This document shows positions 1 through 15,000 of a stretch of DNA of 64,000 bases, piece by piece. Source of the DNA: Mobula hypostoma (taxonomy: Eukaryota); NCBI RefSeq assembly GCF_963921235.1, contig NW_026948142.1, positions 1 through 64,000 of the forward strand, in the 5' to 3' direction. Position numbers and translations under genes: made by a program. Numbering within the stretch: the first letter of the stretch is position 1; each line of letters opens with the position of its first letter. The notes beneath the pieces are model-generated. The model was given only the letters and a program-made list of their open reading frames with translations. It did not search any database and was not told where the DNA came from.

Positions 1-3000
1 CTGCAGGCTGTCCTGTGTTTTCACTGACTTCCTGCAGGCTGTCGTGTGTTTTCACTGAGTTCCTACAGACTGTCCTGTGTTTTCACTGAGTTCCTGCAGA
101 CTATCCTGTGTTTACACTGAGTTCCAGCAGAGTGTCCTGTGTTTACACTGAGTTCCAGCAGAGTGTCCTGTGTTTTCACTGAGTTCCTACAGGCTGTCCT
201 GTGTTTTCACTGCGTTCCTGCAGACTGTCCTCTGTTTTCACTGACTTCCTGCAGACTGTCCTGTGTTTTCACTGAGTTCCTGCAGACTGTACCGTGTTTT
301 CACTAACTTCCTACAGACTGTCCTGTGCTTTCACTGAGTTCCTACAGACTGTAGTATGTTTTCACTGAGTTCCTGCAGACTGTCCCGTGTTTTCACTGAG
401 TTCCTGCAGACTGTCACGTGTTTTCACTGAGTTCCTGCAGACTGTCCTGTGTTTTCACTGAGTTTCTGCAGACTGTCCCGTGTTTTCACTGAGTTCCTGC
501 AGACTGTCCCGTGTTTTCACTGAGTTCCTGCAGACTGTCCCGTGTTATCACTGAGTTCCTGCTGACTGTCCCGTGTTTTCACAGAATTCCTGCAGACTGT
601 CCTGTGTTTTCACTGAGTTCCTGGAGACTCTCCTGTGGTTACACTGAGTTCCTGCAGACTGTCCTGTGTTTTCACTGAGTTTCTGCAGACTGTCCCGTGT
701 TTTCACTGAGTTCCTGCAGACTGTCCCGTGTTTTCACTGAGTTCCTGCAGACTGTCCCGTGTTTTCACTGAGTTCCTGCAGACTGTCCTGTGTTTTCACT
801 GAGTTCCTGCAGACTGTACCGTGTTTTCACTAACTTCCTACAGACTGTCCTGTCTTTTCACAGAGTTCCTACAGACTGTAGTATGTTTTCACTGAGTGTC
901 TGCAGACTGACCCTTGTTTTCTCTGACTTCCTGCTTACTGTCCCGTGTTTTCACAGAGTTCCTGCAGACTGTCCCGTGTTTTCACTGAGTTCCTGCAGAC
1001 TGTAGTATGTTTTCACTGAGTTCCTGCAGACTGTCCCGTGTTTTCACTGAGTTCCTGCAGACTGTCCCGTGTTTTCACTGAGTTCCTGCAGACTGTCACG
1101 TGTTTTCACTGAGTTCCTGCTGACTGTCCTGTGTTTTCACTGAGTTCCTGCAGACTGTCCTCTGTTTTCACTGAGTTCCTGCACACTGTCCTGTGTTTTC
1201 ACTGAGTTCCTGCAGACTGTACCGTGTTTTCACTAACTTTCTACAGACTGTCCTGTCTTTTCACAGAGTTCCTACAGACTGTAGTATGTTTTCACTGAGT
1301 GTCTGCCGACTGACCCTTGTTTTCTCTGACTTCCTGCTGACTGTTCTGTGTTTTCACTGATCCTGCAGATTGTCATGTGTTTACACTGAGTTCCAGCAGA
1401 GTGGCCTGTGTTTACACTGAGTTCCAGCAGAGTGTCCTGTGTTTTCACTGAGTTCCTGCAGACTGTCCTGTGTTTTCACTGACTTCCTGCAGGCTGTCCT
1501 GTGTTTTCACTGACTTCCTGCAGGCTGTCGTGTGTTTTCACTGAGTTCCTACAGACTGTAGTATGTTTTCACTGAGTTCCTGCAGACTGTCCTGTGTTTA
1601 CACTGAGTTCCAGCAGAGTGGCCTGTGTTTACACTGAGTTCCAGCAGAGTGTCCTGTGTTTTCACTGAGTTCCTGCAGACTGTCCTGTGTTTTCACTGAG
1701 TTCCTGCAGACTGTCCTCTGTTTTCACTGACTTCCTGCAGACTGTCCTGTGTTTTCACTGAGTTCCTGCAGACTGTCACGTGTTTTCACTGAGTTCCTGC
1801 AGACTGTCCTGTGTTTTCACTGAGTTCCTGCAGACTGTCCTCTGTTTTCACTGAGTTCCTGCAGACTGTCCTGTGTTTTCACTGAGTTTCTGCAGACTGT
1901 CCCGTGTTTTCACTGAGTTCCCGCAGACTGTCCCGTGTTTTCACTGAGTTCCTGCAGACTGTCACGTGTTTTCACTGAGTTCCTGCTGACTGTCCCGTGT
2001 TTTCACTGAATTCCTGCAGACTGTCCTGTGCATTCACTGAGTTCCTACAGACTGTAGTATGTTTTCACTGAGTTCCTGCAGACTGTCCCGTGTTTTCACT
2101 GAGTTCCTGCAGACTGTCACGTGTTTTCACTGAGTTCCTGCTGACTGTCCCGTGTTTTCACTGAATTCCTGCAGACGGTCCTGTGTTTACACTCAGTTCC
2201 CGGAGACTCTCCTGTGGTTACACTGAGTTCCTGCAGACTGTCCTGTGTTTTCACTGAGTTTCTGCAGACTGTCCCGTGTTTTCACTGAGTTCCTGCAGAC
2301 TGTCCCGTGTTATCACTGAGTTCCTGCTGACTGTCCCGTGTTTTCACTGAGTTCCTGCTGACTGTCCTCTGTTTTCACTGAGTTCCTGCACACTGTCCTG
2401 TGTTTTCACTGAGTTCCTGCAGACTGTACCGTGTTTTCACTAACTTTCTACAGACTGTCCTGTCTTTTCACAGAGTTCCTACAGACTGTAGTATGTTTTC
2501 ACTGAGTGTCTGCCGACTGACCCTTGTTTTCTCTGACTTCCTGCTGACTGTTCTGTGTTTTCACTGATCCTGCAGATTGTCATGTGTTTACACTGAGTTC
2601 CAGCAGAGTGCCTGTGTTTACACTTGTTCCAGCAGAGTGTCCTGTGTTTTCACTGAGTTCCTGCAGACTGTCCTGTGTTTTCACTGACTTCCTGCAGGCT
2701 GTCCTGTGTTTTCACTGACTTCCTGCAGGCTGTCGTGTGTTTTCACTGAGTTCCTACAGACTGTCCCGTGTTTTCACTGAGTTCCTGCAGACTACCCTGT
2801 GTTTACACTGAGTTCCAGCAGAGTGTCCTGTGTTTACACTGAGTTCCAGCAGAGTGTCCTGTGTTTTCACTGAGTTCCTACAGGCTGTCCTGTGTTTTCA
2901 CTGCGTTCCTGCAGACTGTCCTCTGTTTTCACTGACTTCCTGCAGACTGTCCTGTGTTTTCACTGAGTTCCTGCAGACTGTACCGTGTTTTCACTAACTT

Positions 3001-6000
3001 CCTACAGACTGTCCTGTGCTTTCACTGAGTTCCTACAGACTGTAGTATGTTTTCACTGAGTTCCTGCAGACTGTCCCGTGTTTTCACTGAGTTCCTGCAG
3101 ACTGTCACGTGTTTTCACTGAGTTCCTGCAGACTGTCCTGTGTTTTCACTGAGTTGCTGCAGACTGTACCGTGTTTTCACTAACTTCCTACAGACTGTCC
3201 TGTGCTTTCACTGAGTTCCTACAGACTGTAGTATGTTTTCACTGAGTGTCTGCCGACTGACCCTTGTTTTCTCTGACTTCCGGCTGACTGTTCTGTGTTT
3301 TCACTGAGTTCCTGCAGACTGTCCCGTGTTTTCACTGAGTTCCTGCAGACTGTCCTGTGTTTTCACTGAGTTCCTGCAGACTGTCCTGTGTTTTCACTGA
3401 GTTTCTGCAGACTGTCCCGTGTTTTCACTGAGTTCCTGCAGACTGTCCCGTGTTATCACTGAGTTCCTGCTGACTGTCCCGTGTTTTCACTGAGTTCCTG
3501 CAGACTGTCCTGTGTTTTCACTGAGTTCCTGCAGACTGTCCTGTGTTTTCACTGAGTTCCTGCAGACTGTACCGTGTTTTCACTAACTTTCTACAGACTG
3601 TCCTGTCTTTTCACAGAGTTCCTACAGACTGTAGTATGTTTTCACTGAGTGTCTGCCGACTGACCCTTGTTTTCTCTGACTTCCTGCTGACTGTTCTGTG
3701 TTTTCACTGATCCTGCAGATTGTCATGTGTTTACACTGAGTTCCAGCAGAGTGTCCTGTGTTTACACTGAGTTCCAGCAGAGTGTCCTGTGTTTTCACTG
3801 AGTTCCTGCAGACTGTCCTGTGTTTTCACTGACTTCCTGCAGACTGTCCTCTGTTTTTACTGACTTCCTGCAGACTGTCACGTGTTTTCACTGAGTTCCT
3901 ACAGACTGTCCCGTGTTTTCACTGAGTTCCTGCAGACTATCCTGTGTTTACACTGAGTTCCAGCAGAGTGTCCTGTGTTTACACTGAGTTCCAGCAGAGT
4001 GTCCTGTGTTTTCACTGAGTTCCTGCAGACTGTCCTGTGTTTTCACTGAGTTCCTGCAGACTGTCCTGTGTTTTCACTGAGTTCCTGCAGACTGTCCTGT
4101 GTTTTCACTGAGTTCCTGCAGACTGTCCCGTGTTTTCACTGACTTCCTGCAGACTGTCCCGTGTTTTCACTGAGTTCCTGCAGACTGTCACGTGTTTTCA
4201 CTGAGTTCCTGCAGACTGTCCTGTGTTTTCACTGAGTTTCTGCAGACTGTCCCGTGTTTTCACTGAGTTCCTGCAGACTGTCCCGTGTTTTCACTGAGTT
4301 CCTGCAGACTGTCCCGTGTTATCACTGAGTTCCTGCTGACTGTCCCGTGTTTTCACTGAGTTCCTGCTGACTGTCCTCTGTTTTCACTGAGTTACTGCAC
4401 ACTGTCCTGTGTTTACACTGAGTTCCTGCAGACTGTCCTGTGTTTTCACTGAGTTCCTGCAGACTGTCCTGTGTTTTCACTGAGTTCCTGCAGACTGTCC
4501 TGTGTTTTCACTGAGTTCCTGCAGACTGTCGTGTGCATTCACTGAGTTCCTACAGACTGTAGTATGTTTTCACTGAGTTCCTGCAGACTGTCCCGTGTTT
4601 TCACTGAGTTCCTGCAGACTGTCACGTGTTTTCACTGAGTTCCTGCTGACTGTCCCGTGTTTTCACTGAATTCCTGCAGACTGTCCTGTGTTTACACTGA
4701 GTTCCTGCAGACTCTCCTGTGGTTACACTGAGTTCCTGCAGACTGTCCTGTGTTTTCACTGAGTTTCTGCAGACTGTCCCGTGTTTTCACTGAGTTCCTG
4801 CAGACTGTCCCGTGTTATCACTGAGTTCCTGCTGACTGTCCCGTGTTTTCACTGAGTTCCTGCTGACTGTCCTCTGTTTTCACTGAGTTCCTGCACACTG
4901 TCCTGTGTTTTCACTGAGTTCCTGCAGACTGTACCGTGTTTTCACTAACTTTCTACAGACTGTCCTGTCTTTTCACAGAGTTCCTACAGACTGTAGTATG
5001 TTTTCACTGAGTGTCTGCCGACTGACCCTTGTTTTCTCTGACTTCCTGCTGACTGTTCTGTGTTTTCACTGATCCTGCAGATTGTCATGTGTTTACACTG
5101 AGTTCCAGCAGAGTGGCCTGTGTTTACACTGAGTTCCAGCAGAGTGTCCTGTGTTTTCACTGAGTTCCTGCAGACTGTCCTGTGTTTTCACTGACTTCCT
5201 GCAGGCTGTCCTGTGTTTTCACTGACTTCCTGCAGGCTGTCGTGTGTTTTCACTGAGTTCCTACAGACTGTCCCGTGTTTTCACTGAGTTCCTGCAGACT
5301 ATCCTGTGTTTACACTGAGTTCCAGCAGAGTGTCCTGTGTTTACACTGAGTTCCAGCAGAGTGTCCTGTGTTTTCACTGAGTTCCTACAGGCTGTCCTGT
5401 GTTTTCACTGCGTTCCTGCAGACTGTCCTCTGTTTTCACTGACTTCCTGCAGACTGTCCTGTGTTTTCACTGAGTTCCTGCAGACTGTACCGTGTTTTCA
5501 CTAACTTCCTACAGACTGTCCTGTGCTTTCACTGAGTTCCTACAGACTGTAGTATGTTTTCACTGAGTTCCTGCAGACTGTCCCGTGTTTTCACTGAGTT
5601 CCTGCAGACTGTCCCGTGTTTTCACTGAGTTCCTGCAGACTGTCCCGTGTTTTCACTGAGTTCCTGCAGACTGTCCCGTGTTTTCACTGAGTTCCTGCAG
5701 ACTGTCCCGTGTTATCACTGAGTTCCTGCTGACTGTCCCGTGTTTTCACAGAATTCCTGCAGACTGTCCTGTGTTTTCACTGAGTTCCTGGAGACTCTCC
5801 TGTGGTTACACTGAGTTCCTGCAGACTGTCCTGTGTTTTCACTGAGTTCCTGCAGACTGTCCCGTGTTTTCACTGAGTTCCTGCAGACTGTCCTGTGTTT
5901 TCACTGAGTTCCTGCAGACTGTCCTGTGTTTACACTGAGTTCCTGCAGACTGTCCCGTGTTTTCACTGAGTTCCTGCAGACTGTCCCGTGTTTTCACTGA

Positions 6001-9000
6001 GTTACTGGAGACTGTCCTGTGTTTACACTGAGTTCCTGCAGAGTGTCCTGTGTTTTCACTGAGTTCCTGCAGACTGTCCTGTGTTTTCACTGAGTTCCTG
6101 CAGACTATCCTGTGTTTTCACAGAGTTCCTGCAGACTGTCCTGTGTTTTCACTGAGTTCCTGCAGACTGTCCCGTGTTTTCACTGAGTTCCTGCAGACTG
6201 TCCCGTGTTTTCACTGAGTTCCTGCAGACTGTCCCGTGTTTTCACTGAGTTCCTGCTGACTGTCCTCTGTTTTCACTGAGTTCCTGCACACTGTCCTGTG
6301 TTTTCACTGAGTTCCTGCAGACTGTCGTGTGCATTCACTGAGTTCCTACAGACTGTAGTATGTTTTCACTGAGTTCCTGCAGACTGTAGTATGTTTTCAC
6401 TGAGTTCCTGCAGACTGTCCCGTGTTTTCACTGAGTTCCTGCAGACTGTCACGTGTTTTCACTGAGTTCCTGCAGACTGTCCTGTGTTTTCACTGAGTTC
6501 CTGCAGACTGTCCCGTGTTTTCACTGAGTTCCTGCAGACTGTCCCGTGTTATCACTGAGTTCCTGCTGACTGTCCCGTGTTTTCACTGAATTCCTGCAGA
6601 CTGTCCTGTGTTTTCACTGAGTTCCTGGAGACTCTCCTGTGGTTACACTGAGTTCCTGCAGACTGTCCTGTGTTTTCACTGAGTTTCTGCAGACTGTCCC
6701 GTGTTTTCACTGAGTTCCTGCAGACTGTCCCGTGTTTTCACTGAGTTCCTGCAGACTGTCCTGTGTTTTCACTGAGTTCCTGCAGACTGTCCCGTGTTTT
6801 CACTGAGTTCCTGCAGACTGTCCTGTGTTTTCACTGAGTTCCTGCAGACTGTCCTGTGTTTACACTGAGTTCCTTCAGACTGTCCTGTGTTTTCACTGAG
6901 TTCCTGCAGACTGTCCTCTGTTTTCACTGACTTCCTGCAGACTGTCCTGTGTTTTCACTGAGTTCCTGCAGACTGTCCTGTGTTTTCACTGAGTTCCCGC
7001 AGACTGTCCCGTGTTTTCACTGAGTTCCTGCAGACTGTCCCGTGTTTTCACTGAGTTCCTGCAGACTGTCCCGTGTTTTCACTGAGTTCCTGCTGACTGT
7101 CCTGTGTTTTCACTGAGTTCCTGCACACTGTCCTGTGTTTTCACTGAGTTCCTGCAGACTGTCCTGTGTTTTCACTGAGTTCCTGCAGACTGTCCTGTGT
7201 TTTCACTGAGTTCCTGCAGACTGTCCTGTGTTTTCACTGAGTTCCTGCAGACTGTCCTGTGTTTTCACTGAGTTCCTGCAGACTGTCCCGTGTTTTCACT
7301 GAGTTCCTGCAGACTGTCCCGTGTTTTCACTGAGTTCCTGCAGACTGTCCGGTGTTTTCACTGAGTTCCTGCAGACTGTCCTGTGTTTTCACTGAGTTCC
7401 TGCAGACTGTACCGTGTTTTCACTAACTTTCTACAGACTGTCCTGTCTTTTCACAGAGTTCCTACAGACTGTAGTATGTTTTCACTGAGTGTCTGCAGAC
7501 TGACCCTTGTTTTCTCTGACTTCCTGCTGACTGTTCTGTGTTTTCACTGATCCTGCAGATTGTCCTGTGTTTACACTGAGTTCCAGCAGAGTGTCCTGTG
7601 TTTTCACTGAGTTCCTGCAGACTGTCCCGTGTTTTCACTGAGTTCCTACAGACTGTCCTGTGCTTTCACTGAGTTCCAGCAGAGTGTCCTGTGTTTTCAC
7701 TGAGTTCCCGCAGACTGTCCCGTGTTTTCACTGAGTTCCTGCAGACTGTCCCGTGTTTTCACAGAGTTCCTGCAGACTGTCCCGTGTTTTCACAGAGTTC
7801 CTGCAGACTGTCCTGTGTTTTCACTGAGTTCCTGCAGACTGTCCTGTGTTTTCACTGAGTTCCTGCAGACTGTCCTGTGTTTTCACTGAGTTCCTGCAGA
7901 CTGTCCCGTGTTTTCACTGAGTTCCTGCAGACTGTCCTGTGTTTTCACTGAGTTCCTGCAGACTGTCCTGTGTTTTCACTGAGTTCCTGCAGACTGTCCC
8001 GTGTTTTCACTGAGTTCCTGCTGACTGTCCTCTGTTTTCACTGAGTTCCTGCACACTGTCCTGTGTTTACACTGAGTTCCTTCAGACTGTCCTGTGTTTT
8101 CACTGAGTTCCTGCAGACTGTCCTCTGTTTTCACTGAGTTCCTGCAGACTGTCCTGTGTTTTCACTGAGTTCCTGCAGACTGTCCTGTGTTTTCACTGAG
8201 TTCCTGCAGACTGTCACGTGTTTTCACTGAGTTCCTGCAGACTGTCCCGTGTTTTCACTGAGTTCCTGCAGACTGTCCCGTGTTTTCACAGAGTTCCTGC
8301 AGACTGTCCTGTGTTTTCACTGAGTTCCTGCAGCTGTCCTGTGTTTTCACTGAGTTCCTGCAGACTGTCTTGTGTTTTCACTGAGTCCCTGTTGACTGTC
8401 CTGTGGTTACACTGAGTTCCTGCAGACTGTCCTGTGTTTTCACTGAGTTCCTGCAGACTGTCCAGTGTTTTCACTGAGTTCCTGCAGACTGTCCCGTGTT
8501 TTCACTGAGTTCCTGCAGACTGTCCCGTGTTTTCACTGAGTTCCTGCACACTCTCCGGTGTTTTCACTGAGTTCCTGGAGACTGTCCTGTGTTTACACTG
8601 AGTTCCTGCAGACTGTACCGTGTTTTCAGTAACTTTCTACAGACTGTCCTGTGTTTTCACAGAGTTCCTACAGACTGTAGTATGTTTTCTCTGAGTGTCT
8701 GCAGACTGACCCTTGTTTTCTCTGACTTCCTGCTGACTGTTCTGTGTTTTCACTGATCCTGCAGATTGTCCTGTGTTTACACTGAGTTCCAGCAGAGTGT
8801 CCTGTGTTTTCACTGAGTTCCTGCAGGCTGTCCTGTGTTTTCATTGAGTTCCTGCAGACTGTCCTGTGTTTTCACTGAGTTGCTGCAGCTGTCCTGTGTT
8901 TTCACTGAGTTCCTGCAGACTGTCCTGTGTTTTCACTGAGTTCCTGCAGACTGTACCGTGTTTTCACTAACTTTCTACAGACTGTCCTGTCTTTTCACAG

Positions 9001-12000
9001 AGTTCCTACAGACTGTAGTATGCTTTCACTGAGTGTCTGCCGACTGACCCTTGTTTTCTCTGACTTCCTGCTAACTGTTCCGTGTTTTCACAGAGTTCCT
9101 GCAGACTGTCCCGTGTTTTCACTGAGTTCCTTCAGACTGTCCTCTGTTTTCACTGAGTTCCTGCAGACTGTCCTCTGTTTTTACTGACTTCCTGCAGACT
9201 GTCCTGTGTTTTCACTGAGTTCCTGCAGACTGTACCGTGTTTTCACTAACTTCCTACAGACTGTCCTGTGCTTTCACTGAGTTCCTACAGACTGTAGTAT
9301 GTTTTCACTGACTTCCTGCAGGCTGTCCTGTGTTTTCACTGAGTTCCTGCAGACTGTACCGTGTTTTCACTAACTTCCTACAGACTGTCCTGTGCTTTCA
9401 CTGAGTTCCTACAGACTGTAGTATGTTTTCACTGAGTTCCTGCAGACTGTCCCGTGTTTTCACTGAGTTCCTGCAGACTGTCCCGTGTTTTCACAGAGTT
9501 CCTGCAGACTGTCCCGTGTTATCACTGAGTTCCTGCTGACTGTCCCGTATTTTCACTGAATTCCTTCAGATTGTCCTGTGTTTTCACTGAGTTCCTGGAG
9601 ACTCCTGTGGTTACACTGAGTTCCTGTAGACTGTCCTGTGTTTTCACTGAGTTTCTGCAGACTGTCCCGTGTTTTCACTGAGTTGCTGCAGACTGTCCTG
9701 TGTTTACACTGAGTTCCTGCAGACTGTCCTGTGTTTTCACTGAGTTCCTGCAGACTGTCCCGTGTTTTCACTGAGTTCCTGCAGACTGTCCTGTGTTTTC
9801 ACTGAGTTTCTGCAGATTGTCCCGTGTTTTCACTGAGTTCCTGCTGACTGTCCTCTGTTTTCACTGAGTTCCTGCACACTGTCCTGTGTTTTCACTGAGT
9901 TCCTGCAGACTGTACCGTGTTTTCACTAACTTTCTACAGACTGTCCTGTCTTTTCACAGAGTTCCTACAGACTGTAGTATGTTTTCACTGAGTGTCTGCC
10001 GACTGACCCTTGTTTTCTCTGACTTCCTGCTGACTGTTCTGTGTTTTCACTGATCCTGCAGATTGTCCTGTGTTTACACTGAGTTCCTGCAGACTGTCCT
10101 GTGTTTTCACTGAGTTCCTGCAGACTGTCCCGTGTTTTCACTGAGTTCCTGCAGACTGTCACGTGTTTTCACTGAGTTCCTGCTGACTGTCCCGTGTTTT
10201 CACTGAATTCCTGCAGACTGTCCTGTGTTTTCACTGAGTTCCTGCAGACTGTCCTGTGTTTACACTGAGTTCCTGCAGACTGTCCTGTGTTTTCACTGAG
10301 TTCCTGCAGCTGTCCTGTGTTTTCACTGAGTTCCTGCAGACTGTCCTGTGTTTTCACTGAGTTCCTGCAGACTGTCCTGTGCTTTCACTGAGTTCCTACA
10401 GACTGTAGTATGTTTCAACCGAGTTCCTGCAGACTGTCCCGTGTTTTCACTGAGTTCCTGCAGACTGTCACGTGTTTTCACTGAGTTCCTGCTGACTGTC
10501 CCGTGTTTTCACTGAATTCCTGCAGACGGTCCTGTGTTTTCACTGAGTTCCCGGAGACTCTCCTGTGGTTACACTGAGTTCCTGCAGACTGTCCTGTGTT
10601 TTCACTGAGTTTCTGCAGACTGTCCCGTGTTTTCACTGAGTTCCTGCAGACTGTCCCGTGTTATCACTGAGTTCCTGCTGACTGTCCCGTGTTTTCACTG
10701 AGTTCCTGCTGACTGTCCTCTGTTTTCACTGAGTTCCTGCACACTGTCCTGTGTTTTCACTGAGTTCCTGCAGACTGTACCGTGTTTTCACTAACTTTCT
10801 ACAGACTGTCCTGTCTTTTCACAGAGTTCCTACAGACTGTAGTATGTTTTCACTGAGTGTCTGCCGACTGACCCTTGTTTTCTCTGACTTCCTGCTGACT
10901 GTTCTGTGTTTTCACTGACCCTGCAGATTGTCATGTGTTTACACTGAGTTCCAGCAGAGTGGCCTGTGTTTACACTGAGTTCCAGCAGAGTGTCCTGTGT
11001 TTTCACTGAGTTCCTGCAGACTGTCCTGTGTTTTCACTGACTTCCTGCAGGCTGTCCTGTGTTTTCACTGACTTCCTGCAGGCTGTCGTGTGTTTTCACT
11101 GAGTTCCTACAGACTGTAGTATGTTTTCACTGAGTTCCTGCAGACTATCCTGTGTTTACACTGAGTTCCAGCAGAGTGTCCTGTGTTTACACTGAGTTCC
11201 AGCAGAGTGTCCTGTGTTTTCACTGAGTTCCTGCAGGCTGTCCTGTGTTTTCACTGCGTTCCTGCAGACTGTCCTCTGTTTTCACTGACTTCCTGCAGAC
11301 TGTCCTGTGTTTTCACTGAGTTCCTGCAGACTGTACCGTGTTTTCACTAACTTCCTACAGACTGTCCTGTGCTTTCACTGAGTTCCTACAGACTGTAGTA
11401 TGTTTTCACTGAGTTCCTGCAGACTGTCCCGTGTTTTCACTGAGTTCCTGCAGACTGTCACGTGTTTTCACTGAGTTCCTGCAGACTGTCCTGTGTTTTC
11501 ACTGAGTTGCTGCAGACTGTCCCGTGTTTTCACTGAGTTCCTGCAGACTGTCCCGTGTTTTCACTGAGTTCCTGCAGACTGTCCCGTGTTTTCACTGAGT
11601 TCCTGCTGACTGTCCCGTGTTTTCACTGAATTCCTGCAGACTGTCCTGTGTTTTCACTGAGTTCCTGGAGACTGTCCTGTGGTTACACTGAGTTCCTGCA
11701 GACTGTCCTGTGTTTTCACTGAGTTTCTGCAGACTGTCCCGTGTTTTCACTGAGTTCCTGCAGACTGTCCTGTGTTTTCACTGAGTTCCTGCAGACTGTC
11801 CCGTGTTTTCACTGAGTTCCTGCAGACTGTCCTGTGTTTTCACTGAGTTCCTGCAGACTGTACCGTGTTTTCACTAACTTTCTACAGACTGTCCTGTCTT
11901 TTCACAGAGTTCCTACAGACTGTAGTATGTTTTCACTGAGTGTCTGCAGACTGTCCCGTGTTTTCACTGAGTTCCTGCAGACTGTCCCGTGTTTTCACTG

Positions 12001-15000
12001 AGTTCCTGCAGACTGTCCCGTGTTATCACTGAGTTCCTGCTGACTGTAGTATGTTTTCACTGAGTTCCTGCAGACTGTCCCGTGTTTTCACTGAGTTCCT
12101 GCAGACTGTCCCGTGTTTTCACTGAGTTCCTGCAGACTGTCCCGTGTTTTCACTGAGTTCCTGCAGACTGTCCCGTGTTTTCACTGAGTTCCTGCAGACT
12201 GTCCTCTGTTTTCACTGAGTTCCTGCAGACTGTCCTGTGTTTTCACTGAGTTCCTGCAGACTGTACCGTGTTTTCACTAACTTTCTACAGACTGTCCTGT
12301 CTTTTCACAGAGTTCCTACAGACTGTAGTATGTTTTCACTGAGTGTCTGCCGACTGACCCTTGTTTTCTCTGACTTCCTGCTGACTGTTCTGTGTTTTCA
12401 CTGATCCTGCAGATTGTCATGTGTTTACACTGAGTTCCAGCAGAGTGGCCTGTGTTTACACTGAGTTCCAGCAGAGTGTCCTGTGTTTTCACTGAGTTCC
12501 TGCAGACTGTCCTGTGTTTTCACTGACTTCCTGCAGACTGTCCTGTGTTTTCACTGACTTCCTGCAGGCTGTCGTGTGTTTTCACTGAGTTCCTGCAGAC
12601 TGTCCCGTGTTTTCACTGAGTTCCTGCAGACTGTCCTGTGTTTTCACTGAGTTCCTGCAGACTGTCCTGTGTTTACACTGAGTTCCAGCAGACTGTCCTG
12701 TGTTTTCACTGAGTTCCTGCAGACTGTCCTGTGTTTTCACTGAGTTCCTGCAGACTGTCCTGTGTTTTCACTGAGTTCCTGCAGACTGTCCTGTGTTTTC
12801 ACTGAGTTCCTGCAGACTGTCCCGTGTTTTCACTGAGTTCCTGCAGACTGTCCTGTGTTTTCACTGAGTTCCTGCAGACTGTCCCGTGTTTTCACTGAGT
12901 TCCTGCAGACTGTCCTGTGTTTTCACTGAGTTCCCGCAGACTGTCCCGTGTTTTCACTGAGTTCCTGCAGACTGTCCCGTGTTTTCACAGAGTTCCTGCA
13001 GACTGTCCCGTGTTTTCACTGAGTTCCTGCTGACTGTCCCGTGTTTTCACTGAATTCCTGCAGACTGTCCTGTGTTTTCACTGAGTTCCTGCTGACTGTC
13101 CTGTGTTTTCACTGAGTTCCTGCAGACTGTCCTGTGTTTTCACTGAGTTCCTGCAGACTGTCCTGTGTTTTCACTGAGTTCCTGCAGACTGTCCTGTGTT
13201 TTCACTGAGTTCCTGCAGACTGTCCTGTGTTTTCACTGAGTTCCTGCAGACTGTCCTCTGTTTTCACTGACTTCCTGCAGACTGTCCTGTGTTTTCACTG
13301 ACTTCCTGCAGACTGTCACGTGTTTTCACTGAGTTCCTGCTGACTGTCCCGTGTTTTCACTGAATTCCTGCAGACGGTCCTGTGTTTACACTCAGTTCCC
13401 GGAGACTCTCCTGTGGTTACACTGAGTTCCTGCAGAATGTCCTGTGTTTTCACTGAGTTTCTGCAGACTGTCCCGTGTTTTCACTGAGTTCCTGCAGACT
13501 GTCCCGTGTTATCACTGAGTTCCTGCTGACTGTCCCGTGTTTTCACTGAGTTCCTGCTGACTGTCCTCTGTTTTCACTGAGTTACTGCACACTGTCCTGT
13601 GTTTTCACTGAGTTCCTGCAGACTGTACCGTGTTTTCACTAACTTTCTACAGACTGTCCTGTCTTTTCACAGAGTTCCTACAGACTGTAGTATGTTTTCA
13701 CTGAGTGTCTGCCGACTGACCCTTGTTTTCTCTGACTTCCTGCTGACTGTTCTGTGTTTTCACTGATCCTGCAGATTGTCATGTGCTTACACTGAGTTCC
13801 AGCAGAGCGGCCTGTGTTTACACTGAGTTCCAGCAGAGTGTCCTGTGTTTTCACTGAGTTCCTGCAGACTGTCCTGTGTTTTCACTGACTTCCTGCAGGC
13901 TGTCCTGTGTTTTCACTGACTTCCTGCAGGCTGTCGTGTGTTTTCACTGAGTTCCTACAGACTGTAGTATGTTTTCACTGAGTTCCTGCAGACTATCCTG
14001 TGTTTACACTGACTTCCAGCAGAGTGTCCTGTGTTTACACTGAGTTCCAGCAGAGTGTCCTGTGTTTTCACTGAGTTCCTGCAGGCTGTCCTGTGTTTTC
14101 ACTGCGTTCCTGCAGACTGTCCTCTGTTTTCACTGACTTCCTGCAGACTGTCCTGTGTTTTCACTGAGTTCCTGCAGACTGTACCGTGTTTTCACTAACT
14201 TCCTAAAGACTGTCCTGTGCTTTCACTGAGTTCCTACAGACTGTAGTATGTTTTCACTGAGTTCCTGCAGACTGTCCCGTGTTTTCACTGAGTTCCTGCA
14301 GACTGTCACGTGTTTTCACTGAGTTCCTGCAGACTGTCCTGTGTTTTCACTGAGTTTCTGCAGACTCTCCCGTGTTTTCACTGAGTTCCTGCAGACTGTC
14401 CCGTGTTATCACTGAGTTCCTGCAGACTGTCCCGTGTTATCACTGAGTTCCTGCTGACTGTCCCGTGTTTTCACTGAATTCCTGCAGACTGTCCTGTGTT
14501 TTCACTGAGTTCCTGGAGACTCTCCTGTGGTTACACTGAGTTCCTGCAGACTGTCCTGTGTTTTCACTGAGTTCCTGCAGACTGTCCCGTGTTTTCACTG
14601 AATTCCTGCAGACTGTCCTGTGTTTTCACTGAGTTACTGGAGACTCTCCTGTGGTTACACTGAGTTCCTGCAGACTGTCCCGTGTTTTCACTGAGTTTCT
14701 GCAGACTGTCCCCTGTTTTCACTGAGTTACTGGAGACTCTCTGAGTTCCTGCAGAGTGTCCTGTGTTTTCACTGACTTCCTGCAGACTGTACCGTGTTTT
14801 CACTAACTTCCTACAGACTGTCCTGTGTTTTCACTGAGTTCCTGCAGACTGTCCTGTGTTTTCACTGAGTTCCTGCAGACTGTCCTGTGTTTTCACTGAG
14901 TTCCTGCAGACTGTCCTGTGTTTTCACTGAGTTCCTGCAGACTGTCCCGTGTTTTCACTGAGTTCCTGCAGACTGTCCCGTGTTTTCACTGAGTTCCTGC

